Below, piece after piece: positions 41,287 to 51,758 of a stretch of DNA of 64,000 bases. The first letter of the stretch is position 1. Each line of letters opens with the position of its first letter. The stretch is from positions 128,001-192,000 of the forward strand of contig CAVWBU010000024.1 in the NCBI GenBank assembly GCA_963753345.1. Direction: 5' to 3'. Under the pieces are notes generated by a model. The model was not told the origin of the DNA and ran no database searches. It worked only from the letters and a program-made list of their open reading frames with translations. The translations under genes were made by a program, and so were the position numbers. Source of the DNA: an uncultured Fibrobacterota bacterium. GTDB taxonomy: Bacteria; Fibrobacterota; Chitinivibrionia; Chitinivibrionales; FEN-1185.

Positions 41287-41402
41287 AGAATTGACATTTT
41301 AATTTATTTTACAATCCCCATCAAGCAAGAATTCTTCGTCAAACGCACCCTAGAGATATATTTTTATTAAACAAGATTTAACGGAGGTCAATTACGGGAA
41401 AA

Positions 41403-42554
41403 GTGATCTACTTGGACAACAACGCCACCACGGCCGTGGCCCCCGAAGTCCTCGAAGTGATGCTGCCGTTTTTAAGAGACCGGTACGGCAACCCCTCATC
41501 CATGCACCGCTTCGGCGGGCTGGTGCGCAGGCACATCGACACGGCACGCGAGCATGTCGCCGCGCTTGTCGGCGCGCATCCGGAAGAAATTTACTTTACA
41601 AGCTGCGGATCGGAAAGCGACAGCATGGCGGTGGTTGGCTTTACAAAAGCGCACAAAGCGCGCAGCCGCATCATCACCTCCACCGTTGAGCACCCGGCCA
41701 TCCGTTCCCTGTGCCACGGCCTCAAGGCCGACGGCTACGACGTCACCGAGGTCGGCGTTTCAAACGCCGGTCTTTTGTCTGTAGACGAGGTCTCGAAGCT
41801 TGCGCTCGACGCCGACACCCTTCTCACCTTCATGTGGGCCAACAACGAGACCGGCGTTCTGTTTCCCGTGCAAGAGCTTGCTTCTCTCGCGCACAACAAG
41901 GGCGCGGTGTTCCACACCGACGCGGTGCAGGCCGTGGGCAAGGTCCCTATGTCCATGCAATCGTCGGCGATCGACATGCTTTCGCTCTCGGGCCACAAGC
42001 TGCACGCCCCAAAAGGGGTGGGCGCGCTGTATGTGCGCAAGGGTACAAAGATTTCTCCGTTCCTCGTGGGCGGGCACCAGGAGCGCGGCATGCGCGCCGG
42101 CACCGAGAACGTGGCCTCCATCGTGGGGCTCGGCAAAGCGTGCGAGCTTGCCCTGGCAAACTTGACGGACGAAAACACCCGCGTGAAACGGATGCGCGAC
42201 CGCCTCGAATCCGGGCTGCTCGCCACCTGCACTGCCGCGCATCTCAACGGTGATCCGGCACACCGGCTGCCGAACACCACAAACGTAAGCTTCGAATTCA
42301 TCGAGGGCGAGGGAATACTGCTCTTGCTCGACGAGAAAGGCATCGCCGCGTCGTCCGGGTCGGCGTGCACGAGCGGCTCCCTTGAGCCCTCCCACGTGAT
42401 GATGGCCATGGGCGTGCCCTACACCCTCGCCCACAGCTCGGTGCGGTTCAGCCTGAGCCGCTACAACACCGACGCGGACGTCGACGCGGTCCTTGCGGCC
42501 ATGCCCGGCATCGTGGAACGGCTCCGGTCTTTTTCACCGTATGTCAAGAACTAG
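41403..42554 (+). CDS. nifS: Cysteine desulfurase (NifS/IscS)
   Basis: YLDNNATT, HTDAVQ, SGHKLH.PKG (PLP Lys), SSGSACTS, RFSLSR. Confidence 0.95.
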   Translation: MIYLDNNATTAVAPEVLEVMLPFLRDRYGNPSSMHRFGGLVRRHIDTAREHVAALVGAHPEEIYFTSCGSESDSMAVVGFTKAHKARSRIITSTVEHPAIRSLCHGLKADGYDVTEVGVSNAGLLSVDEVSKLALDADTLLTFMWANNETGVLFPVQELASLAHNKGAVFHTDAVQAVGKVPMSMQSSAIDMLSLSGHKLHAPKGVGALYVRKGTKISPFLVGGHQERGMRAGTENVASIVGLGKACELALANLTDENTRVKRMRDRLESGLLATCTAAHLNGDPAHRLPNTTNVSFEFIEGEGILLLLDEKGIAASSGSACTSGSLEPSHVMMAMGVPYTLAHSSVRFSLSRYNTDADVDAVLAAMPGIVERLRSFSPYVKN

Positions 42555-42555
42555 C

Positions 42556-43467
42556 ATGGCTTCCCCCGCAGATACAATCCGCGCTCTTGCCCGCGAGAAA
42601 AACGCCGTGATTCTCGCGCACACCTACCAGCCCGCAGACGTGCAGGACATCGCCGACTACGTGGGAGACTCCTACGGCCTGAGCATCGAGGCATCGCGCA
42701 CGACCGCCGACGTGATTATCTTCTGCGGCGTCATGTTCATGGCCGAGACCGCGGCCATCCTCAATCCGAAAAAGCGCGTGATTGTCCCCGAGCCGGGCGC
42801 CGGCTGTCCGATGGCCGACATGATCACGGCCGCCGACCTTTCGCAGCTCAAGGCACGTTACCCCGATCATGTCGTGATCTGCTATGTCAACTCGACCGCC
42901 GACATCAAGGCGCTGTCGGACATCTGCTGCACCAGCTCCAACGCCCTGAGAATCGTGCAGAAAATTCCCCCGGAGCAAGGCATCGTTTTCGTGCCGGATA
43001 AGCACCTCGGCGGCTGGGTGCAGGAAAAGACGGGCAGACAAATGGTGCTGTGGGACGGGTTCTGCCCCACGCACGTGCGCATCACGCCCGACCTGATTTT
43101 TGCTGCCCGCGCCGCGCACCCCGGCGCCACGGTGCTCATCCATCCCGAAGCGCCCAAGGCATCGCGCGATCTGGCCGACCATGTTTTTTCCACCGGCGGC
43201 ATGTGCGATTTTGTAAAGAAGGACAACGGCACCGAGTACCTTATCGCCACCGAAACGGGCATCATCCACACGCTGGAAAAGCGGAATCCCGGCAAGCGGT
43301 TCTACGCGGTGACCGAGCTGGCGCTCTGCCCCAATATGAAAAAGACCTCGCTTGCGCTCGTTGCGGGCGCGCTTGACGGAACAGTAGGACAAATCGTGAC
43401 CGTGCCTCTCGAGATCGCGGACAAGGCAAGAAAAAGCCTGGTCAGGATGATTGAGATGAGCTTATAA
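42556..43467 (+). CDS. nadA: Quinolinate synthase A
   Basis: ILAHTYQ, GDS, FCGV.FMAE, GCPMA, YVNS, FCPTH, HPE, CPNMK. Confidence 0.97.
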   Translation: MASPADTIRALAREKNAVILAHTYQPADVQDIADYVGDSYGLSIEASRTTADVIIFCGVMFMAETAAILNPKKRVIVPEPGAGCPMADMITAADLSQLKARYPDHVVICYVNSTADIKALSDICCTSSNALRIVQKIPPEQGIVFVPDKHLGGWVQEKTGRQMVLWDGFCPTHVRITPDLIFAARAAHPGATVLIHPEAPKASRDLADHVFSTGGMCDFVKKDNGTEYLIATETGIIHTLEKRNPGKRFYAVTELALCPNMKKTSLALVAGALDGTVGQIVTVPLEIADKARKSLVRMIEMSL

Positions 43468-43557
43468 GAAAAATGGCATGCACGCTGCTCCCAAAAAGAA
43501 CGCCCGCATGTTGCACCTGCTGGCGTTCTTCACGTCTGCAACTCCCGGCTTTTCACT

Positions 43558-44754
43558 TCATTTCACAAGCGTTGTTCCCGTCCGTGCATCATAGTACGAC
43601 ATGACGTACGATGCCGTGCGCACTGTGTCCCGCGCAACCACCTGGTTCACATAGTTTGTGTCGCGCTTGGACCCGACAGAGTACGACCAGAGCGGTATTG
43701 ACAAGTCGTTATTTATAAACGAATGCTCTGTGCGCAACGAGTCGGAGGCAACGGCTGTGTCGCCGGTGGCAATGACGGTTGTACCGAGGAAAACGATGGT
43801 CGTATCAGACACGTAGGTTGCATGCATGTTGTTTTGTGTCACCACTTCAAAGCAGGTGCGTGCCGCTCCCGCGAATTGATATGGCTGAGTGCCCGTCACC
43901 TCCCCCGAATCACTCATAGACAGGTACAGCTGAAGCCTTATCGGGATTAAGCCCACAAAAATCCTCACCGCCGTGTCCCCCGATAGAGAAAAGCCCTGCC
44001 ACGACGTGCCGACCGCGAGAGGCAGATCGAGCACCGTCACATCGACACTGTCCTTATTTACAATAAAGAGCCTCGGCGGCACCGTGTAGTCGACCTTGGC
44101 GGCCGTGTGCCTGAGAACCATTCCGGATTTCGACGGCTGTGCCGTGTCGGAGAGTAGGGTGTCGGTTGTTTCGATGCCGTAATACAGATTTCCGGCGATG
44201 ATGCCGGAGAACGTGACCTTGCTGTACTTGTGATGGTGGTCGTTCTTGTTGACAGTAACCCTGATGCCGGCGGTGTCCTTTACATACACCAACGAATCGT
44301 ATTCATCGGTGGTCCACCACGCGCCGTTGGCGAGTTTCCGCAGACCACCCAGTCTGGTCGAATCCACGACCAGAAAGGAATACGAAAGCGACAGGGAGTC
44401 GACCGTGGCGCCGCCCGTGGCGCGGATGCGCACGGTGTAAAGAGAATCCCATTTCAGGCTGTCGCCCGTGAGGTTCAAGGTGACGAAGGCGGTGTCGCCG
44501 CTCGAGGTGATATTGTATGCTCCCTGCGGCAGTCCGGTGACAACGGCAGCGGCCTTGTCGCCGTCGCTGTCGCCTATGGCCACCTGGAACGTGGCCGACT
44601 GTCCGTAGTACAGGGTGTCGGGAATCGTCTTTGGTGAAACGACCCTGTACCACATGGTGTTGACCGTATCAACAGGCTTGGCAGGGTTACTGCAGGAAAC
44701 CAGAAGGCAAAGACCGCCGATCAACAATACGCCTTGCGTGAGCAACGTCTTCAC
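43558..44754 (-). CDS. Hypothetical lipoprotein, Thr/Ser-rich beta protein
   Basis: AAGGAGG RBS before GTG 44754; LLVSC lipobox. Confidence 0.7.
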   Translation of the reverse strand: MKTLLTQGVLLIGGLCLLVSCSNPAKPVDTVNTMWYRVVSPKTIPDTLYYGQSATFQVAIGDSDGDKAAAVVTGLPQGAYNITSSGDTAFVTLNLTGDSLKWDSLYTVRIRATGGATVDSLSLSYSFLVVDSTRLGGLRKLANGAWWTTDEYDSLVYVKDTAGIRVTVNKNDHHHKYSKVTFSGIIAGNLYYGIETTDTLLSDTAQPSKSGMVLRHTAAKVDYTVPPRLFIVNKDSVDVTVLDLPLAVGTSWQGFSLSGDTAVRIFVGLIPIRLQLYLSMSDSGEVTGTQPYQFAGAARTCFEVVTQNNMHATYVSDTTIVFLGTTVIATGDTAVASDSLRTEHSFINNDLSIPLWSYSVGSKRDTNYVNQVVARDTVRTASYVMSYYDARTGTTLVK

Positions 44755-45012
44755 AGGACCTCCTTGAGGGTATGGTAGGATGAACAAATGATATCATTCC
44801 TTCAAGGTTTGTGCTAGAGGTGAGCCGTCTTTCGGCCGGATTTCCATACTCCGCTTCTCCACAAATCATTTCCCGTATCCATGGTGACTCTGGCTTCAGA
44901 ACAAACGTATCGTTTATGACGGTGGCAATTGCAAATATGACCTCATCGTCCCAGCCTTGCCTCGATGATTTATATTATTCCGTACCCACATTCCCCCCCC
45001 CCAGGAGAAACC

Positions 45013-45711
45013 ATGCGCCGCCATTCCTTTATTATCTTTGTCCTGTGCACCATGTGTCTCGCTCAGCAGTCCACCATCGACATCGAGCAGTACAAAAAAT
45101 CAAAGAAGCATTCCTTCAGCGAACGTTCCTTTACCGTGGGCAAGCACACCTACCGTGTGGTGAACATCAAGCCGCTCGGCGCGTCCGACACCGCCTGCAT
45201 ATCCGCGGTCGTGCTGGACAAACGGAAATACGTGCTGTTCGACGTCAACGTGACGTCGGGCCCGTTCGGCATGATAGTCCCCTCCCGGCAACCGGTTCCC
45301 GGCGGTCTCATTATTCTCAAGGCGTCCCCGCTGGACGCCAAAGTATTTCTTATGTTGTCAAGCGGCAAGGTCGTGACCCTGCCCGGGGCCCTGGTGTTCG
45401 CCGACACCGCCGGCTCGTGCCTGTATTGCGTGTGGGACAACGACAAAACCTTCCGGCTCACCGTGTTCGACTACAAGAACCTCCGCCTCGTGTTCAACAC
45501 CCTTGCGACAGCGGAGCCGAAGCAGTGGTACACCGACGGGTTTGCGTACGGATTTTCGGCCGCCGACGGCGCCTACTACACGGTGGACTTCCTGCAGAAG
45601 GCGGTCGTCAAAGGGGAAAAACCGGCAAGCGGGCTTGCGGCCGTGTCCTACGTCGCCGACCTCGACAAAATCGACCGTGCCTCGTGCTGCGGCGCCGCCA
45701 TCCTCAAGTAG
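45013..45711 (+). CDS. Hypothetical secreted protein
   Basis: AGGAG RBS, signal peptide, coding-like codon bias. Confidence 0.7.
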   Translation: MRRHSFIIFVLCTMCLAQQSTIDIEQYKKSKKHSFSERSFTVGKHTYRVVNIKPLGASDTACISAVVLDKRKYVLFDVNVTSGPFGMIVPSRQPVPGGLIILKASPLDAKVFLMLSSGKVVTLPGALVFADTAGSCLYCVWDNDKTFRLTVFDYKNLRLVFNTLATAEPKQWYTDGFAYGFSAADGAYYTVDFLQKAVVKGEKPASGLAAVSYVADLDKIDRASCCGAAILK

Positions 45712-45720
45712 CGACAATGC

Positions 45721-46350
45721 TCAGCCGCAATACTGTTTGTAAACCGCCAGGATCCGCTTGAGCGTTGTTTCCGGCTCGGCTGAGGTTGTTACGGGCCGCA
45801 CCATGCAGAAGTTTTTCGCGCCCGCCGAAAGCACCAGGGGCAGGTTTTCAAGGGTTATGCCGCCGATCGCCACCGCAGGAACCGTCGCCTGCCCGATCAT
45901 TTCCTTCATCCCTGTAATCCCGATTACCGGATCAGGTTTCTTTTTTGTCGGCGTGGCGTACACCGGACCCACGCCCACATAGCCGGGCGCATGGCCGCAC
46001 GCCGCCCGCATCTGCGCAACGGAATGTGTTGACAAACCAATAATCGCGTTTTCCCCGACAATCCTTCGCGCATCGGCATACGGCATGTCGCTTTGCCCGA
46101 GGTGCACGCCGTCTGCCCCGGCTTCCCTCGCGATTTCCGGATCGTCATTGATAATAAGCCGCGTCGCGGTTCCGCGGGTGATCTCGCGCATCGCCCGTGC
46201 CGTGTTGACCACGGCATCACGCGGCGCATCTTTCATCCTGAGCTGGACAAACGCAATTTGATAATCGACAAACAGCTTTGTGCAGTACTCGTAGCCGCGC
46301 ACCGGATCGGTGAGTATGCCGTAGAATCCGAACGAGTAAGGGATCACCAT
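45721..46350 (-). CDS. thiE: Thiamine-phosphate synthase
   Basis: QLRMK, IINDD, GVHLGQSD, GLSTH, TPTK, AIGGI. Confidence 0.93.
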   Translation of the reverse strand: MVIPYSFGFYGILTDPVRGYEYCTKLFVDYQIAFVQLRMKDAPRDAVVNTARAMREITRGTATRLIINDDPEIAREAGADGVHLGQSDMPYADARRIVGENAIIGLSTHSVAQMRAACGHAPGYVGVGPVYATPTKKKPDPVIGITGMKEMIGQATVPAVAIGGITLENLPLVLSAGAKNFCMVRPVTTSAEPETTLKRILAVYKQYCG

Positions 46351-46412
46351 GGGGCGCTGTTCTTTCTGTCAAGGCGCGCCCTGGGGCGGGAACAACGCGC
46401 CGCTTGGCGGCC

Positions 46413-48146
46413 TTACAATTTCCGTATCAATTCGAAATTGCAGATCCGCGCGTCGAAACCGCCCGATTCGTCACGCATGATGACGCCGCCGGGATCGAGC
46501 GCCAGAAGAATGTCGTTGCCCTCGAGCAGCGAGCCGTCGTAGCCGAGGCCAAGGAGCCTGCGCTGCACCGAGCCGAAGATCTCCTTGTATTCGGTGTGCG
46601 AAATCCGGTTGTTGGTGCGCGCGCTCACCAGGTCCATGGGCCTGCACAACAGTCCCTTCTGCTGGGCGACCCACGAGTCGGGGCCGTTGTAGTATCCGCG
46701 GATGGACAGGTAATTGCGGTTTTCCAGGAGGATCGGATTGCCGTCGGGCCCGACAAGGCTCTTGTGCGACTCATAGCGCCTCGCATCGGTCGACTGCTCC
46801 ATCTTGTCGCTTCCGGTCATGTAAATCGCGCGCACGTACACAGTGCCCACCCCGTGTTCGAGAAGAACCTGCGCAATGGCGAACTCCTCGAACGGAGAGT
46901 TGAATCCGAATTCGGCCGCCTTCCGGTTGTGTTCTTCCGACGGGCCGCCTGCGGGCGTTTCTCCCACGCGCGAGGTTTTCCATACGATATGGACGTTGTC
47001 CTTGGTCACGGTGTAGAACACCTCGTTGTCCTCCGAAAGCCTGAAGCTCACGGTCTTGCGCCACCGCTCCGGCAGAAAATAGTCGAACAGGCGGGCGTTG
47101 CGGCCCACCACCCACAGCTGACCGCCCGTGCTTTCCACATGGCCGTGAACGTACGGCACGCCGAACACCTCCGTTGACTGCAGGTACGGCGGCAGCGGCG
47201 CGGGGATGAAACGGTCGCGCTGGTCATCGAGATACGAATGCCTGCGGGAGTACTTGACCTCCTCGTCGTGCGGCGGCGTGCGGAGCAGGAGTTCGTAATC
47301 GACGACCGAATAGCGTCCGGCCTCCACGAGACCGTACACGAATTCCACCTGCTTCGTGCGCGCCGCCTCCCCGCCGGAGGCCGCGATCTGCGCAAGCGCC
47401 CTCGTGTATTCCTCGCCGACAATCACGTGCTCCGGCTTCATGTCGGCGACCACGTAGCCCTTTTTGTCAAGATCCCCTATTGCCTTGCGGGTGATGGGCT
47501 CAAGGGCGGTGATAAGCGCCTCGTCGTTGAGCCCCAGGCCCGCAAACGCCTCCACCACGTTTTCCCCCTGTATCCAGCCGTACACGAGTTTGTACTGCCG
47601 GAGGATGTCGAGGTCCACGCCCGGATGGCGCGCCTTGATCTTGTTGATCTTCGAGCGGGAGCGGCCGCTTTGCCACAACTGCATCTTCTCGGGAGGGACG
47701 TAGATCGCCAGCGGTTCCTGCGTGTTGATGGCCACGTCCTGGGGGCCGTATTTCCCTTCGCGCAACTCCTCGACAAGGGAGAATTCCTCCCACGGGCTGT
47801 TGAACTCCGCGTTGATGAACTCCATGAGCATGTGCGTGTCGAGCGGCACGTCCTCGCCCACGCGGCAGTTCTTCACCACAAGTTCGATGCTCACGCCATC
47901 CACGGTTTTCGTCGGAACCCGGTACACGGCGCCGGTCCCCTGGAGGTGCTCGCGGTGCTCCTCGAACCATTCCTTTTCGTACCAGTTTTCGATCGCCAGG
48001 AGGGATGCGAGCGGCAGGCCGTGGCGCGTGAAATACATGTCGCCGTTGTCGCTGGTCTTCTTGTGCACATACACCACGCCCAGGATGCTGATGAGGGATT
48101 CCGGCGCGACAAGCACCTGGACGTTCGACGGGTTGTGCTGTTCCAT
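46413..48146 (-). CDS. Uncharacterised protein with two tandem atypical protein-kinase-like domains
   Basis: Internal duplication (VVK..RVGE/VWK..RVGE, FNSPWEEF/FNSPFEEF, DMKPEH/LLEGND, VVDYEL/ICNFEL). Confidence 0.7.
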   Translation of the reverse strand: MEQHNPSNVQVLVAPESLISILGVVYVHKKTSDNGDMYFTRHGLPLASLLAIENWYEKEWFEEHREHLQGTGAVYRVPTKTVDGVSIELVVKNCRVGEDVPLDTHMLMEFINAEFNSPWEEFSLVEELREGKYGPQDVAINTQEPLAIYVPPEKMQLWQSGRSRSKINKIKARHPGVDLDILRQYKLVYGWIQGENVVEAFAGLGLNDEALITALEPITRKAIGDLDKKGYVVADMKPEHVIVGEEYTRALAQIAASGGEAARTKQVEFVYGLVEAGRYSVVDYELLLRTPPHDEEVKYSRRHSYLDDQRDRFIPAPLPPYLQSTEVFGVPYVHGHVESTGGQLWVVGRNARLFDYFLPERWRKTVSFRLSEDNEVFYTVTKDNVHIVWKTSRVGETPAGGPSEEHNRKAAEFGFNSPFEEFAIAQVLLEHGVGTVYVRAIYMTGSDKMEQSTDARRYESHKSLVGPDGNPILLENRNYLSIRGYYNGPDSWVAQQKGLLCRPMDLVSARTNNRISHTEYKEIFGSVQRRLLGLGYDGSLLEGNDILLALDPGGVIMRDESGGFDARICNFELIRKL

Positions 48147-48163
48147 GAAGAAAAACGCTCCAA

Positions 48164-48931
48164 TCACGCGGCGGACGCGCCTAGTTTTGCCCCGTGGAAA
48201 ATAACCCCTGCCGCGTCTCCTCCATCGGGTGGAGCTCGCACCCTGCCGGGAGCGTGAAGGCGTCGCCGCGCACCGCCCTGTTCACCGATGCGGCTGGAGA
48301 TGAGGACCGTGTCGGCCGTGAGCATGCCGCCGCATTTCCTCCTCACCACGATGCGTACGGGAAAGTCATAGTTATGGCGGCCTTCGTCGAAGCGCGCCTT
48401 GAGCTGCTGAAACATCACGCCCTTCTCGTCAAAGCTTTCGATGCAGTCGACAGCGCCCGTTTCTATGCTTCGCGCAAGAATGTCGGTGCCGGAGCGGTTT
48501 CTCCGCCCATAGTACCAGTGGGACTCGGTGCAGCCCGCAGGCGTCAAGGTCTCCCGGTCGGCATTGACACATCGGAGATACGCGCCGAAGAAATGGACGG
48601 TTTCAAAGAGATCGTCGCACCCTTCCAGGTCCGTTGTGCGGCGCGCTGCATAGCCCGCGTTGCGCCTGGTGTCGATGCCGACAATCGCGGTGTCGTTGAC
48701 GATAAACCGGTAAAGAAACGGCGCATCGTATACATACGCCGCCGCACCCGCGGCAGCATCATAGGAGAACCGGCCCTTGACGACCTTGGAAAATTTGTTG
48801 CAGGAGTTTTTCCTGATAATGGAGCATTCCACGGAGGCGACGCGGCCGGCCATGGGCGCGGCTTCCTGCGCGGAGAGTGAAGACTGCGCGGCGAGAAGTG
48901 CAGCAATGAACAGAAGGTATGCGGGTATCAT
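48164..48931 (-). CDS. Secreted LolA-fold-like protein; likely frameshift near 48290 (alternative end 48182)
   Basis: Signal peptide; the alternative frame gives a LolA-like ending SVNRAV..DAFTLPAG. Confidence 0.5.
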   Translation of the reverse strand: MIPAYLLFIAALLAAQSSLSAQEAAPMAGRVASVECSIIRKNSCNKFSKVVKGRFSYDAAAGAAAYVYDAPFLYRFIVNDTAIVGIDTRRNAGYAARRTTDLEGCDDLFETVHFFGAYLRCVNADRETLTPAGCTESHWYYGRRNRSGTDILARSIETGAVDCIESFDEKGVMFQQLKARFDEGRHNYDFPVRIVVRRKCGGMLTADTVLISSRIGEQGGARRRLHAPGRVRAPPDGGDAAGVIFHGAKLGASAA

Positions 48932-48994
48932 GATTCGTGCTTTACTTACAGCCCCTGCAAATGATAGAATTATGAATCCCGGCGAATACTGCTT

Positions 48995-49024
48995 TTGACA
49001 GCGCCGTTCATTTGATTATATATT
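48995..49024 (+). promoter_or_regulatory. Putative sigma70 promoter of the OMP gene
   Basis: TTGACA at 48995 with TATATA/TATATT 16-18 nt downstream. Confidence 0.5.
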
Positions 49025-49118
49025 GGTGAAAGGCCGGAGAAGCATACTTTTTTGTTCGGTGCGCAGGACATGCGACCGGCGTGGATACGGCACACACTTT
49101 TCCGCAAGGGGGTATTCA

Positions 49119-50033
49119 ATGTCGCGTCTTGTGAAAATCACGCTTTTCGCCCTTGGCTTTGTGCTCACAATGACTCTCCCTTCCGGAGCTCTGGTGGGAA
49201 TAGGGCTGCACTACGGCCTTGATTACACCCTCAGCATGAAAAACACCACGGGGTTCGGCGAGCAGGTGAGCTTCGACAGCCTCAAGCTTGACCTGGGACC
49301 AAATACAGGCAACGCCATACTAATCGGGCAGGACATTCCCGCCTATGTCACGCGATCAAATTTCAAGTCCGATTTCGCTTTCGGCGGCAAGATCTATGTC
49401 GACGTCATCCCGTTTATTGACGCGGTGGAGGTATCGGCCGATTTCGGCCTGTGGGATTATGTCGGTCAAATCAAATACCCGAATGGAATCGTAGACCCGA
49501 CTGCGGCAAATCTTGCAGCCCCATCCAATTTCACCTATGACTCGACAAAGCTCACGCTTGACAATTTCGGCCTTGGATACTTCGGGCTCAAGAACACGCC
49601 GTACGCCAAACTGCAGCTTGACGCCACCGTGCGCAAGTACATCACACGGCTTCCCAAAACGCTCAAGGTCTTCAATCTTTACGGCGGCGCAGGCCTCACC
49701 GTGAATTTCGCCACGCCCATGCTCTCCAGCAATCTCGTGGAGGATGTGATCAAGGAAAACGCGAACAGCAGTCTGGATCTTGGCACCCTTGGCCCCAACC
49801 TCCTCGACAACAGCCAGATCATGAAAGGCGTGGTGAATAAGATCATCAGCGGCCTCACCCAGCCCTCCTACGGGGCCCACATCGACCTCGGCTTCATGGT
49901 GAAGATCCCGGTTGTCCCCCTCGGCGTGTATGTGGACGGCAAGTTTATGATTCCCTTCGGGAAACTTGACAAGTACGTTGACATCGGGGGATTAGGCGTC
50001 CTCCTCAACGGCGGCGTTGCGCTGGCGTTCTGA
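49119..50033 (+). CDS. Putative outer-membrane beta-barrel protein
   Basis: Signal peptide, amphipathic strands, C-terminal Phe (GGVALAF). Confidence 0.7.
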   Translation: MSRLVKITLFALGFVLTMTLPSGALVGIGLHYGLDYTLSMKNTTGFGEQVSFDSLKLDLGPNTGNAILIGQDIPAYVTRSNFKSDFAFGGKIYVDVIPFIDAVEVSADFGLWDYVGQIKYPNGIVDPTAANLAAPSNFTYDSTKLTLDNFGLGYFGLKNTPYAKLQLDATVRKYITRLPKTLKVFNLYGGAGLTVNFATPMLSSNLVEDVIKENANSSLDLGTLGPNLLDNSQIMKGVVNKIISGLTQPSYGAHIDLGFMVKIPVVPLGVYVDGKFMIPFGKLDKYVDIGGLGVLLNGGVALAF

Positions 50034-50046
50034 AAGGCACACATCC

Positions 50047-50544
50047 ATGGACAGACTCTGGGCGCCCTGGCGCATGAAATACATAAAGGAAAGCATTGAC
50101 AAGCCGGAAAACGGCTGCATCCTGTGCACAAAGCCCGGCCAGGCCGACGACAGAGCGAACCTCATCCTTCACAGAGGGAAAACCGCGTACGTCATCTGCA
50201 ACAAGTTTCCCTACAACAACGGCCACCTCATGGTGGTGCCCTATGCGCACACGGCCAGCCTCGACGACGTGGGCGATGAGTGCGGCCTGGAGCTGTGGAA
50301 GCTCATCGCGCTGTGCCGCAGGATCCTCGCCGATGCGTTTTCGCCCGACGGGTTCAACATCGGCATCAACCTCGGCCGCGTGGCCGGCGCCGGCATCGAC
50401 ACTCACCTGCATATCCACATTGTTCCGCGGTGGAACGGCGACGTCAATTTCATGCCGGTGATTGGGGAGACAAAAGTGATTTCGCAGGGGCTGGAAGAAA
50501 CGTATGAGGAGCTGGCGGGGAGGTTTACGGCGATAAAGGGCTGA
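50047..50544 (+). CDS. HIT-family hydrolase (FHIT/Ap4A phosphorylase-like)
   Basis: LWAPWR, NKFPY..GH, GFNIGIN.G..AGAG, HLHIHIVPRW.GD. Confidence 0.93.
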   Translation: MDRLWAPWRMKYIKESIDKPENGCILCTKPGQADDRANLILHRGKTAYVICNKFPYNNGHLMVVPYAHTASLDDVGDECGLELWKLIALCRRILADAFSPDGFNIGINLGRVAGAGIDTHLHIHIVPRWNGDVNFMPVIGETKVISQGLEETYEELAGRFTAIKG

Positions 50545-50755
50545 CCGCAACCCGGCTTTTCCTCCCGGCGGCAGCGGGTCGTTGCGGAATGCGACACAAC
50601 GCACGATGCGGCGAACCTGGATTGACAACGTTGCGTGGAGAATCTGTTTTTTTTCGTTGTCGTTTTCCGTCAATGCCGCGCTTCCGCCAACGTTCGCACC
50701 GTGAATCCGACTGCACGACAATCGGCCACACACCTATTTCACCGAAGGGCCTCCC

Positions 50756-51675
50756 ATGAAAACCACCCGCTTGCTCCTGTGCGGCATTGCCTGCGCAGCC
50801 GCTCTTCTCTCGAATTGCACGACCACCACGGGTCCCTCGAGTCCAACCGGTCCTTCCCAGCCGACGCAGCCCGCCACGCTCACCGTTTACAACAATTCTT
50901 TAGGGGTTATCGGGTATGTGTATCTGTCGACAAGCCAGGCGTCCCTGGGAACCGATGAGCTGGGAAGCTCGACGATCTCGGCAGGCTCATCCTTCAGCAT
51001 CACCGGGATTTCGGCCGGATACTACTATCTTGCGGCCGTCCATCTTTACACGCACGACACTGCTTGGGCGAGCTTGAGTATTACTGCGGGACAATCCTAC
51101 ACCTGGACGCTTTCCGATGCCGACTTTTCCAATGGCTCCCGCGGCGGCCTCACGATCATCAACAATTCCTCCTACACCATCGAATATGTGTATCTGTCGC
51201 AAAGCAACTCAACATGGGGCAGCGATTGGCTGGGCAGCAGCACCTGGATATCCCCGGGGTTCTACTACACTATTTCCGGTGCGCCCACCGGATACGTGAA
51301 CTCGAAGATGGTGTGTACCGATGCAACCAGGTATGCGCTGCACCTGCTCTATGTTCCAAGCAGCGGCTTGGACACGATCACGGTCTATAACACCGATTTT
51401 CCAAGCTACGCGCACGGAAGTCTCAAGGTCGTCAATACTTCCTCAACTTCCATTTACTACCTTTTCATGCGCATGTCCGGCACCACCACGTGGAGCGACG
51501 ACGTGCTCGGCGTAGTATCAACAATCGGCGTTGGTGAACAGTACCAGCAGGACCTGATAGCTCCAGGCACCTACGATTTCCGCGTGGAGTCTTCGAGCGG
51601 CGCCGCGCCGAGGTCGACAATCAGGACATCACCGCAGGAGAGCTTCTGACCTGGACGGTAAGCTCGATGAACTGA
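50756..51675 (+). CDS. Lipoprotein with three ~85-aa tandem beta repeats; apparent frameshift near 51605
   Basis: LLSNC lipobox; three repeats of L.(V/I).N.S...I.Y.Y..S....WG.D.LG. The alternative frame restores ITAGELLTWTV, matching ITAGQSYTWTL of repeat 1. Confidence 0.7.
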
Positions 51676-51758
51676 TGATGCGGGAAGCGTGCGTTTGTTT
51701 GTGCGGGAGAAACTTCACCGGACTGTTTGAGGTTTCACGGCCGCGGGAGTGGAGCGTC

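Noticed and set aside
41291-41315. TTGACA...TACAAT promoter for nifS
   Set aside because: The spacer is only 13 nt.
43474-43489. TGGCATGCACGCTGCT with GG-N10-GC spacing
   Set aside because: It lies between convergent gene ends with no downstream gene on that strand.
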